DNA from: an uncultured bacterium
GTDB lineage: Bacteria > Margulisbacteria > WOR-1 > CAVSGV01
Reading direction: 5' to 3'
DNA: 32,000 nucleotides
NCBI GenBank assembly: GCA_963699255.1
Contig: OY969425.1
Location: 1,500,001-1,532,000, forward strand
Shown here in pieces: positions 8,889 to 17,653 of this stretch (positions within the stretch are counted from its first letter, which is position 1; each line of letters begins with the position of its first letter). The position numbers and the translations under genes are program-made. The notes under the pieces are model-generated. The model saw only the letters and a list, made by a program, of their open reading frames with translations. It was not told where the DNA came from and made no database searches.

Positions 8889-9057
8889 ATGACAAATGAC
8901 CAATGTCAAATGTCAAATTAATGCCCAATGACCAAATCTCAATTGGGTATTGGGAATTGGGATTTTATTTGTCATTTGTCCCGCTACCTTATTATTAATA
9001 TCAAATATGTTGCGGGATCCCGCGGAGCGGGATAATTTGACATTGGGAATGGGAATT
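8889..9057. repeat. AT-rich low-complexity intergenic tract
   Basis: gacaaatgaccaatgtcaaatgtcaaattaatgcccaatgaccaaatctcaattgggtattgggaattggg..., then gcgggatcccgc and cattgggaatgggaattg. Confidence 0.55.
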
Positions 9058-9061
9058 GCCG

Positions 9062-9631
9062 TCAGGCTTTAGTGCTGAAGCTTGAGGAATCCCATTTCGG
9101 CGGTTCTTTCGGGTAAGCTATTTTTCCATTCAGCATGTCCCTTATCATACCGGAGAGTTTTGTCATTTCATCTGGAGCGGATTCAGCCAGACCGGGCTTC
9201 TCAGGGCTGAGATACATCTGCTCAACAAAACTTTCATCCACTATCCTGATAGGCACCTGAATTATTTCCTCCTTATCCACTTCCCATGCCATAAGGACAG
9301 GATTGTACCTGTCAGCCAGGCCGATAATGAAATGGTACCTCTGATTGTGTGAAAGGTCCTGCTTTGACGGGAAAGGAAGGCTTTTGGGATGGCTGTGATA
9401 AACACCATAATACTCAAGGTTATATTTTGCCAAAAAGCGGTAGCCTCTGTCAATATCATCGGCGGTCATCCCGAAATTATTAGTTCTGTCATACAGATAT
9501 TGATTGAACACCGGGAGCACCCCGAGGATCACATCCTCTCTTCCGCCAAGTATCCCGCCTGCCTCCTGAGGGTAACACGCCTGAGCCTGGTGCATTATAA
9601 GGTCGAACTGTCTTTTGGTTATAGTGAACAT
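9062..9631 (-). CDS. JAB/MPN (JAMM) metalloprotease-like protein
   Basis: QEAGGILGG (catalytic Glu region) and HSHPKSLPFPSKQD, matching HxHPx..Px(S)xxD. Confidence 0.88.
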   Translation of the reverse strand: MFTITKRQFDLIMHQAQACYPQEAGGILGGREDVILGVLPVFNQYLYDRTNNFGMTADDIDRGYRFLAKYNLEYYGVYHSHPKSLPFPSKQDLSHNQRYHFIIGLADRYNPVLMAWEVDKEEIIQVPIRIVDESFVEQMYLSPEKPGLAESAPDEMTKLSGMIRDMLNGKIAYPKEPPKWDSSSFSTKA

Positions 9632-9637
9632 CTTAGA

Positions 9638-9694
9638 TGATTATATCATTCGGAACTTGTTTCGGAATCTGTTCTTTCAATATGATATAATCAC
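9638..9694. promoter_or_regulatory. Mirror-symmetric divergent promoter region between the JAMM gene and lysC
   Basis: Perfect 12-bp inverted repeat TGATTATATCAT (9638-9649) / ATGATATAATCA (9683-9694). Each arm holds an outward TATAAT, 8 nt from its start codon. Confidence 0.6.
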
Positions 9695-9700
9695 TGAACT

Positions 9701-10918
9701 ATGCCATTAGTTGTACAGAAATACGGCGGAACATCGGTTAGCTCGGCCGAGCGTATAAAGAGCGTCGCGGCCAGGGTCACCGCGACCAAGGCGGCCGGCA
9801 ATGATGTTGTCGTGGTCGTTTCCGCGATGGGCGACACGACGGACGAGCTTATAGGCCTGCTCCATCAGGTAACGGATAACCCCGACCCGAGGGAGTATGA
9901 TATGCTACTTTCGACGGGAGAGCAGGTTTCCGCCGCGCTCGTCACAATGGCGATCCATTCTCTCGGCTTTAAAGCCGTATCGTTAACGGGGTGGCAGGCC
10001 GGCATTCAAACGGAAGACATTCCGTCCAAGGCGCGCATCACCCACATAAAACTGGACAGGATCCAGAAGGAGCTGGGCAGCGGCAGGATCGTTGTGGTGA
10101 CCGGTTTCCAGGGAATAGACAGCCACGGTGATATTACCACGATCGGTAGAGGCGGTTCCGATACTTCCGCCGTGGTCATCGCGTCGGCGCTGAAGGCGGA
10201 CGTTTGCGAAATATATACCGATGTTGACGGCGTTTATACGGCGGATCCCAGGATAGTCAAGGACGCCAAAAAACTGGCATTTATTTCATATGATGAGATG
10301 CTTGAGCTTGCGAGCCTGGGCGCGCAGGTGCTTCACCCGAGGAGCGTTGAATGCGCGAAGAACTACGGCCTTGTGATACATCTCCGCTCGAGCCTGTCCG
10401 ATGTTGAGGGAACTTATATAAAGGAGGTATCTTCAATGGAGAAGAAAGATGTCGTATCAGGGGTGGCCATCGACACGAATATCGCGAAAGTGGGTATCCT
10501 GAAGATCCCCGATAAGCCCGGCATAGCTGCAAAGCTCTTCAATGCTCTGGGGAATGAAAAAATAAACGTCGACATGATCATTCAGAGCATTCATTCTTCC
10601 GGCTTATTGGCGGATATGGCGTTCACGGTCTCAAAACCCGACATGAAAAAGGCGGTTGAGGTAACGAAAAGAGTGGCAGCCGAACTCGGGGCCGAAGGAG
10701 TGATCTCCGATGACAATGTCGCCAAGGTATCTATAGTAGGCGTCGGGATGATCTCTAAACCCGGGGTCGCGGGGACCATGTTCGATGTCCTGGGAAGGAA
10801 CGGCGTCAACATAGAGATGATAAGCACTTCCGAGATCAAGATATCCTGCGTCGTTAAAGCGGACCAGGCCAAAAAAGCGATGGAAGTCATCCACAAGGAA
10901 TTTAATTTAGGCAAATAA
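9701..10918 (+). CDS. lysC: Aspartate kinase
   Basis: VVQKYGGTSVSSAERIK, GRGGSDTSAVVIASALKADVCEIYTDVDGVYTADPR, and two C-terminal ACT domains. Confidence 0.97.
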   Translation: MPLVVQKYGGTSVSSAERIKSVAARVTATKAAGNDVVVVVSAMGDTTDELIGLLHQVTDNPDPREYDMLLSTGEQVSAALVTMAIHSLGFKAVSLTGWQAGIQTEDIPSKARITHIKLDRIQKELGSGRIVVVTGFQGIDSHGDITTIGRGGSDTSAVVIASALKADVCEIYTDVDGVYTADPRIVKDAKKLAFISYDEMLELASLGAQVLHPRSVECAKNYGLVIHLRSSLSDVEGTYIKEVSSMEKKDVVSGVAIDTNIAKVGILKIPDKPGIAAKLFNALGNEKINVDMIIQSIHSSGLLADMAFTVSKPDMKKAVEVTKRVAAELGAEGVISDDNVAKVSIVGVGMISKPGVAGTMFDVLGRNGVNIEMISTSEIKISCVVKADQAKKAMEVIHKEFNLGK

Positions 10919-10919
10919 C

Positions 10920-11534
10920 TTGATACTCAAACTCACCGGCCTTGCCGTTTTTTCCTACCTTCTTGGTTCATTCCCGTCGGCTTATGTTGCCGCAAAGATA
11001 AAAAAAGGAATAGACATAAGGCGGTACGGGAGCGGCAACGTGGGCGCCACAAATGTCCTGCTTGTTGTCGGCCCGATCTTTGCGGTCCTTGTTTACCTTA
11101 TCGATGTCCTGAAAGGCTTGACACCTGTGCTTTTGGCGAGGAACATCATCGGTACGGACCTTTCGATGGGGCTCGCGGGGCTAGCGGCGATCCTGGGACA
11201 CGATTTTTCGATATTCCTTGGATTTTCCGGCGGCAAGGGAGTTGCCACCACAACGGGGGTAATGTTCGGGATCAATTTGTTCATCATATCGATCATTATC
11301 CTTTCCTGGATCGTTTTTGTCGGAATAATCGATAGCTTTATTTTAAGCTCTCTGCTCTGCATGCTGTTAATTCCGATCCTGATCTGTGCCTTTAAGCTTT
11401 CGAACACTTATTTGATCTTTGGTGTTTTGTATTTCCTGGCGGGCTTGTTTACACACAGGGAAGATATTGTTAGAATATTCAGCGGTAAAGGGAAAAAAGC
11501 GTTACCTTCGATCAAAAAATATTTTAGCCGTTGA
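10920..11534 (+). CDS. plsY: Glycerol-3-phosphate acyltransferase PlsY
   Basis: YLLGSFPSAYVAAKIKKGIDIRRYGSGNVGATNV and LGHDFSIFLGFSGGKGVATTTGV; TTG start. Confidence 0.96.
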   Translation: MILKLTGLAVFSYLLGSFPSAYVAAKIKKGIDIRRYGSGNVGATNVLLVVGPIFAVLVYLIDVLKGLTPVLLARNIIGTDLSMGLAGLAAILGHDFSIFLGFSGGKGVATTTGVMFGINLFIISIIILSWIVFVGIIDSFILSSLLCMLLIPILICAFKLSNTYLIFGVLYFLAGLFTHREDIVRIFSGKGKKALPSIKKYFSR

Positions 11535-11560
11535 ACATTGAAATTCAGTTGTTACTTTTT

Positions 11561-11617
11561 ATCGGGGCGTGATGTTTGTTAGTTGGGGTTTGTGGAGTTC
11601 GTGGCTGTTTTTTGATC
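11561..11617 (+). pseudogene. Degenerate tRNA-Pro-like remnant (unit 1)
   Basis: atcggggcgtgatgtttgttagttggggtttgtggagttcgtggctg...gatc resembles the intact tRNA at 11776 with an internal deletion and substitutions. Confidence 0.5.
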
Positions 11618-11640
11618 GCAATAAGGTTTATCCCCCTTTC

Positions 11641-11773
11641 ATCGGGGCGTGGCCCAGCTTGGTCTAAGGCGCCGACTCGAGAATCGTGTTTGCTGATGCA
11701 TTATATAAATGTTAATGTAGAACACAATTCTCTCGCTTTGGGACGTGGAGATCGTGAATCTGTGGTTTGTCTG
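11641..11773 (+). pseudogene. Interrupted/degenerate tRNA-Pro copy (unit 2)
   Basis: The first 33 bp (11641-11673) exactly match 11774-11806. They are followed by about 60 bp with inverted repeats, then a degenerate 3' half (cgctttgggacgtggagatcgtgaatc). Confidence 0.65.
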
Positions 11774-11775
11774 AT

Positions 11776-11851
11776 CGGGGCGTGGCCCAGCTTGGTCTAA
11801 GGCGCCACTTTGGGGTAGTGGAGGTCGTGGGTTCAAATCCCGCCGCCCCGA
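11776..11851 (+). tRNA. tRNA-Pro (anticodon GGG)
   Basis: CGGGGCG acceptor / CGCCCCG; anticodon arm CCACT-TTGGGGT-AGTGG; T arm GTGGG-TTCAAAT-CCCGC; 76 nt; CCA not encoded. Confidence 0.93.
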
Positions 11852-11907
11852 TCAGACAATATCTAATTTAGGGTAGAGAGTGCACGAGCCGTTTTTGATT
11901 TTTTCGA

Positions 11908-11935
11908 TTGACTTTCGGCCGATTCTTGCTAATAT
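11908..11935 (+). promoter_or_regulatory. Putative promoter of the M23 peptidase gene
   Basis: TTGACT - 16 bp - TAATAT, 9 nt before the ATG at 11945. Confidence 0.5.
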
Positions 11936-11944
11936 ATCCACAAA

Positions 11945-12865
11945 ATGGCCAGAGAAATTACCTTTATGATAGTGCCTCACAACTCCACGAAGGGGGTTGT
12001 GAACTTCAAGCTGAGAGAGTGGCTTGTTTACACCATTCTTGCCGTCTTTTTCGTTTCCATAATCCTGGTCGGCTCCTCCATAGTATATTCGTCGATGATG
12101 ACAAGGAAGCTGATCCATTACCGGCTGATGCTGCAGGTCAATGAGGAACAAAAGAACAGGATAGATTACTTCTCCGGGGAAGTGAACCAGGTGAAGAAAG
12201 CGCTGAAAGAGCTTGTTGACAGGGACTCGGAGCTTCGCAGGCTTCTCGGCCTCAAGCTGAAGGACAATAAGAACCTGAACCAGATACTGGTGGCCACAAA
12301 GAATTTCCCACAAATTTCCCTGCTTGATAATACGACGAACTACAAGATAGATAAGATCACCAACGAGCTTTCATACCTTAACGAAAGCGTTAAGCAATCC
12401 AGCGAGAGCCTTAAGACCCTTCACCAGACGGCGACTTTCTTGAAAAGCAGGTTCGCGGTCACGCCGTCCATATGGCCCATTTACGGAAGGATAGTTTCCG
12501 GTTTTGGATACAGGTATTTCCCATGGAGGGGTATGCACACGGGCATAGATATCTCCGCGCTGTACGGCAATCCCGTGAGAGTTACCGCGAACGGGGTGGT
12601 TTCTTATGCCGGATGGAAAGGCGGTTACGGCAAGACGGTCATAGTGGACCATGGGTATGGCCTCCAGACGCTTTACGGCCACAACTCGAAGATTCTGGTT
12701 TCCGTGGGACAGAGGGTAGTGAAGGGGCAGATAATTTCGAACATTGGCGCTACGGGATTTGCGACAGGTCCGCATTGCCACTACGAGATAAGGAAGAACA
12801 ACTACGCTGTAAGCCCCATGAGGTACCTGAACCTGGATGTGTTTACCGCGAACAGGGTCTGGTAG
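11945..12865 (+). CDS. M23/LytM-family peptidoglycan metallopeptidase with N-terminal TM and coiled coil
   Basis: FPWRGMHTGIDISALYGNPVRVTANGVVSYAGWKGGYGKTVIVDHGYGLQTLYGHNSKIL...GPHCHYEI. Confidence 0.93.
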   Translation: MAREITFMIVPHNSTKGVVNFKLREWLVYTILAVFFVSIILVGSSIVYSSMMTRKLIHYRLMLQVNEEQKNRIDYFSGEVNQVKKALKELVDRDSELRRLLGLKLKDNKNLNQILVATKNFPQISLLDNTTNYKIDKITNELSYLNESVKQSSESLKTLHQTATFLKSRFAVTPSIWPIYGRIVSGFGYRYFPWRGMHTGIDISALYGNPVRVTANGVVSYAGWKGGYGKTVIVDHGYGLQTLYGHNSKILVSVGQRVVKGQIISNIGATGFATGPHCHYEIRKNNYAVSPMRYLNLDVFTANRVW

Positions 12866-12985
12866 TAAGCAAATTAACAATTAACAATGACACAATGAAC
12901 AATGATGGAAGAATTATTGTATAATTGCTTTATTGTTTTGAATTGTTAATTGAGAAATTGGTCATTGTGTAATTTTTTATAGGGG
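12866..12985. repeat. AT-rich low-complexity intergenic tract
   Basis: aaattaacaattaacaatgacacaatgaacaatg ... gaattgttaattgagaaattggtcattgtgtaat; shares tcattgtgtaatt with 19833-19846. Confidence 0.5.
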
Positions 12986-12993
12986 GTTTTTTT

Positions 12994-13368
12994 ATGGGTA
13001 TTCTAGGGACCAGAAAAAAAGCGTCTGATTATGTGGGGATCAATTCCGTTATCGGGGATGACACCCAGATAAAAGGGGAGATCGTCACTAAAGGATCGAT
13101 CAGAATGGGCGGGGAATTTGAGGGAAAGATCCAGGCTCGCGGCGACGTTCTTATAGGTGAAGGCAGCCGGGTCACGGGCACAGTTGCGGGAGCCAAGGTC
13201 ATCGTGTCCGGAGATGTTAACGGGAATATTACCGCGACCGGCGGGCTTGAGATCACAAAGAAGGGGAAGGTATTCGGCGACATAGTAAGCGATAAGCTGA
13301 TAGTTGATGAAGGGGCGATATATAAAGGAAAAGTGACGCTGGAATCTTCCGCCTCCAAGAAAGAATGA
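12994..13368 (+). CDS. Bactofilin family polymer-forming protein
   Basis: IGDDTQIKGEIVTKGSIRMGGEFEGKIQARGDVLIGEGSRVTGTVAGAKVIVSGDVNGNITATGGLEI; upstream AGGGGG. Confidence 0.93.
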   Translation: MGILGTRKKASDYVGINSVIGDDTQIKGEIVTKGSIRMGGEFEGKIQARGDVLIGEGSRVTGTVAGAKVIVSGDVNGNITATGGLEITKKGKVFGDIVSDKLIVDEGAIYKGKVTLESSASKKE

Positions 13369-13403
13369 TCCTCCCAAGCAGCGCTGGCGAAGGAGAATAA
13401 CGA

Positions 13404-14222
13404 TTGGCCGGCTGTCTTTTCATAGTCGGGACTCCCATAGGCAACACCCGGGACATAACGATCCGTGCTATCGAAACATTAAAATCAGTGGGTCTGATCG
13501 CCTGTGAAGATACGCGCCACACAAAGATCCTGCTTGATAGATACGGGATCAAAACTCCAACTACTTCATACCATAAGTTCAATACAAAGACGAAGACGTC
13601 ATACATCATCAACAAGATCAAGGCGGGCATGGATGTAGCTTTGGTTTCCGATGCCGGAATGCCCGGGATTTCCGATCCCGGACAGGAACTTGTGAGTTCG
13701 GCGGCACTGGAAAACATCAAGATCGAAGCAGTACCTGGCGCTTCGGCGCTGATCTGTGCCCTTTCGATTTCCGGCCTCAGAACGGACAGGTTCACTTTTG
13801 AGGGATTCCTGCCGGTAAAACCATCAAGCAGAAAGGAGCTTCTGCAGGCTCTGGCGAAAGAAGAGCGGACCATTACATTATATGAAGCTCCCCACAGGCT
13901 CCTTAAGACCCTGGAAGAGATAAAAGACCATTGCGGCGACAGGAACATCTGCGTCGCGAGGGAGCTGACGAAGAAGTTCGAGGAAGTGACAAGGGGCAGA
14001 ATATCGGAGCTGATAAAAAGGTTCTCCTCTTCAAAGCCGAGAGGCGAGTTCGTGCTGGTCATTGAGGGCGGGAAGGCGGCAAAGGAAGTAAAAGTGGACC
14101 CGGAGAAATTGGTGGCTGACCTGATCGCCTCGGGGGTGCCGAAGAGCAATGCCGTCAAAATAGTGGCGAACAGGCTGAAAGTCCCGAAAAACGAGCTTTA
14201 CAGAACAACGCTCAAAGCTTAA
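13404..14222 (+). CDS. rsmI: 16S rRNA (cytidine1402-2'-O)-methyltransferase
   Basis: FIVGTPIGNTRDITIRAIETLKSVGLIACEDTRHTKILLDRYGI and SDAGMPGISDPGQELV. Confidence 0.96.
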   Translation: MAGCLFIVGTPIGNTRDITIRAIETLKSVGLIACEDTRHTKILLDRYGIKTPTTSYHKFNTKTKTSYIINKIKAGMDVALVSDAGMPGISDPGQELVSSAALENIKIEAVPGASALICALSISGLRTDRFTFEGFLPVKPSSRKELLQALAKEERTITLYEAPHRLLKTLEEIKDHCGDRNICVARELTKKFEEVTRGRISELIKRFSSSKPRGEFVLVIEGGKAAKEVKVDPEKLVADLIASGVPKSNAVKIVANRLKVPKNELYRTTLKA

Positions 14223-14231
14223 AATCAACAC

Positions 14232-14456
14232 ATGCTGGCAATAGATAGCATCGGAAAATCTTTAATATTATTCGGGATAGTATTGATCGTGATCGGCTCT
14301 ATCTTCGTCCTGTTCGGCAAGATACCCTGGTTCGGAAGGCTTCCCGGGGATATCATCATAAAAAGGGAAGGGTACACCATCTATTTCCCGCTTGTGACAA
14401 TGATCCTTCTTTCGGCGGCGCTCACGATTTTATTCAATATTATCGGTCGAAGATGA
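14232..14456 (+). CDS. DUF2905-like small membrane protein
   Basis: 74 aa; GKIPWFGRLPGDIIIKREGYTIYFPLVTMILLSAALTILFNII. Confidence 0.75.
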   Translation: MLAIDSIGKSLILFGIVLIVIGSIFVLFGKIPWFGRLPGDIIIKREGYTIYFPLVTMILLSAALTILFNIIGRR

Positions 14457-14478
14457 GGATAAAGGATAAGGGAGAGGC

Positions 14479-15522
14479 GTGCTGAAAACCTCCGATTTCG
14501 ACTATGATCTACCCCAGGAACTGATCGCGCAATCTCCGGCTGACAGGCGCGATTCCTCACGGCTCATGGTGCTGGACAGGAGATCAGGCCGGATCGAACA
14601 CAGGATATTCAGCGATATATCGGAATACCTGAGCCCGAACGATCTTATTGTAATGAACGACACAAAGGTCATTCCCGCGCGCCTTCACGGCACCAAATAC
14701 GGCGGAAGCGCGAGCATCGAGGTGCTTCTGGATAAGATGATCGGCGACCGGCTCTGGGAGGCGCTGATAAGACCGGCCAAGAGACTGGATATAGGCGGCA
14801 TCATCGAATTCGGCAGGGGATTCTATGCCGAGGTCAGGAAAAAGCTGGATGACGGTAAAGCCGTCCTTTATTTCGCCAGCGTGAAAGGTTTTTCAAAAGA
14901 ACTGGCGCTGCACGGGAATGTTCCTCTGCCGCCGTACATAAAAGCCGACAGCTCGCAGCTTACTGCTTTCAGCAAGAGGTATCAGACGGTGTACGCCCAA
15001 AAAGAAGGGGCGACAGCGGCGCCTACCGCGGGACTTCATTTTACCGAAGAACTTCTGGCTGACATAAAGGCGAAAAAGATATATGTTACCCTGCATACTG
15101 GATACGGCACTTTTGCGCCTGTAAGGGCCGAGAACATCGCCGACCATAAGATGCACAGCGAGGCGTACGAGATATCGGAAGGATCGCTAGATTCTATAAG
15201 GCAGGCAAAAAAAAACGGCGGAAGGATCATCGCGGTCGGGACGACCTCGGCGAGGCTTCTGGAATCCGTCAGCCGTCCCGGGAGCGGATCAACGGACATA
15301 TTCATATATCCGGGGTATGAATTCAAGGTCGTGGACGCGCTGATCACGAATTTTCATTTGCCGAAGTCCACATTGCTGATGCTTGTTTCCGCCTTTGCCC
15401 AAATGGCCGCGGCGGACAGGTCGGCTTTCGCGGGGATCGACCTCATAAAGAAGGCTTATGAAAAAGCGGTCAGGGAAAAGTACAGGTTCTTCAGTTTCGG
15501 CGACGCGATGTTAATAATATAA
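14479..15522 (+). CDS. queA: S-adenosylmethionine:tRNA ribosyltransferase-isomerase
   Basis: DFDYDLPQELIAQSPADRRDSSRLMVLDR, GATAAPTAGLHFTEELL and NFHLPKSTLLMLVSAF. Confidence 0.97.
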   Translation: MLKTSDFDYDLPQELIAQSPADRRDSSRLMVLDRRSGRIEHRIFSDISEYLSPNDLIVMNDTKVIPARLHGTKYGGSASIEVLLDKMIGDRLWEALIRPAKRLDIGGIIEFGRGFYAEVRKKLDDGKAVLYFASVKGFSKELALHGNVPLPPYIKADSSQLTAFSKRYQTVYAQKEGATAAPTAGLHFTEELLADIKAKKIYVTLHTGYGTFAPVRAENIADHKMHSEAYEISEGSLDSIRQAKKNGGRIIAVGTTSARLLESVSRPGSGSTDIFIYPGYEFKVVDALITNFHLPKSTLLMLVSAFAQMAAADRSAFAGIDLIKKAYEKAVREKYRFFSFGDAMLII

Positions 15523-15531
15523 TGAAAGAGA

Positions 15532-15575
15532 CCCCGCAACTCCCGACGCTACGGTCGGGACAAGTCCGTGCGGGG
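15532..15575. repeat. Nested palindromic intergenic element
   Basis: CCCCGCA-act-CCCGAC/GTCGGG-...-TGCGGGG: outer 7-bp stem (15532-15538/15569-15575), inner 7-bp stem (15541-15547/15554-15560). Confidence 0.6.
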
Positions 15576-15580
15576 CAAAT

Positions 15581-16765
<1,185 letters not shown>

Positions 16766-16851
16766 AGATGCCGGATACCAGATACCGGAATCGGGAATCC
16801 CCTATCTGGTATCTTTGTGGCGAAGTCTAAGTTAAAATACTAACAACCACT

Positions 16852-17481
16852 ATGCTGGAAGCAATATACATAATCAAGGAGAACATATATTTCACCTGGT
16901 TCGCGCTTCTTATCTTCTTCACCGGATTTTGTTTTTCATATCTGGTCAATTACTTTGACCTGAAGTTCCTTGCCTGGTTCTCCCGCTGGTTCTTAAAGTT
17001 CATGTCAAGGTACGTCAATCCCAAAGCAAGCTTCATGAGGATATTTTTGATAATCTTCCTTTTCAACTCGATATCGATAGCGATCTACATGGCTTCCGGC
17101 CTTTTCGTGATATTCCCGTTCATAATAGCTTTCCTGACGGGCATGAACATAGGGCTGACGGTCTTCATACCGCCGGAGGTGACCCTGGAGGGATATGAGC
17201 TCGGCCGCGCCCACGGGGCGGGAAATATGTTCAAGATCATGCTCTTCTCGACCTTTGTTCTGGTATTTGAAATAATCACTTTTTCCCTTGCGCTTGGAAT
17301 GGGGATGTCGCTTGGCGTGGCAATGGCGGCGGTGAGCGGCGCAAGCGCCACCGCAAGCAATGAAGCGGCGATGTTCATTGCCGGACTTCTAACTCTGCGG
17401 TTCAAGGCGTATCTTCTGGTCTGCGTCCCGATCCTGGCGCTTTCCGCTTACATGGAGGCAAGCATCATAAAGGGAGCATGA
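16852..17481 (+). CDS. Multi-pass membrane protein, possibly SpoIIM/DUF95-like
   Basis: 209 aa, several TM segments with the layout ...FLIIFLFNSISIAIYM...FIIAFLTGMNIGL...FIAGLLTLR; family call by pattern only. Confidence 0.4.
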   Translation: MLEAIYIIKENIYFTWFALLIFFTGFCFSYLVNYFDLKFLAWFSRWFLKFMSRYVNPKASFMRIFLIIFLFNSISIAIYMASGLFVIFPFIIAFLTGMNIGLTVFIPPEVTLEGYELGRAHGAGNMFKIMLFSTFVLVFEIITFSLALGMGMSLGVAMAAVSGASATASNEAAMFIAGLLTLRFKAYLLVCVPILALSAYMEASIIKGA

Positions 17482-17653
17482 TCCTGCTCCGGCGCTTATT
17501 GAAATAGACCTGCCTCTCACCTCATTTTTCACCCTTAGAATCTCGAAAAAAACTGAAATTACCTCCATATATTGCCGATAAAGAGTCGGAACATTTTTGC
17601 ATCCCGAAGGCGTCAAGCGGATTTATTGTTCCAGGAAAGAAGAGGAAAATGAT

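Noticed and set aside
8866-9061. T-box or other riboswitch upstream of leuS
   Set aside because: No specifier stem, T-box sequence or terminator; the region is low-complexity repeat and a -10 box lies 9 nt before the ATG.
11561-11851. CRISPR-like array
   Set aside because: The three repeats are unequally spaced, two are degenerate and the unit is a tRNA gene. No cas genes are nearby.
13253-14158. 301-aa minus-strand ORF opposite rsmI
   Set aside because: Fully antisense to a clearly conserved rsmI gene, with no recognisable motif; a shadow ORF from codon composition.
16852-17481. Confident SpoIIM assignment
   Set aside because: Only the TM layout is suggestive. Without a profile search the family cannot be confirmed, so it is reported at low confidence.
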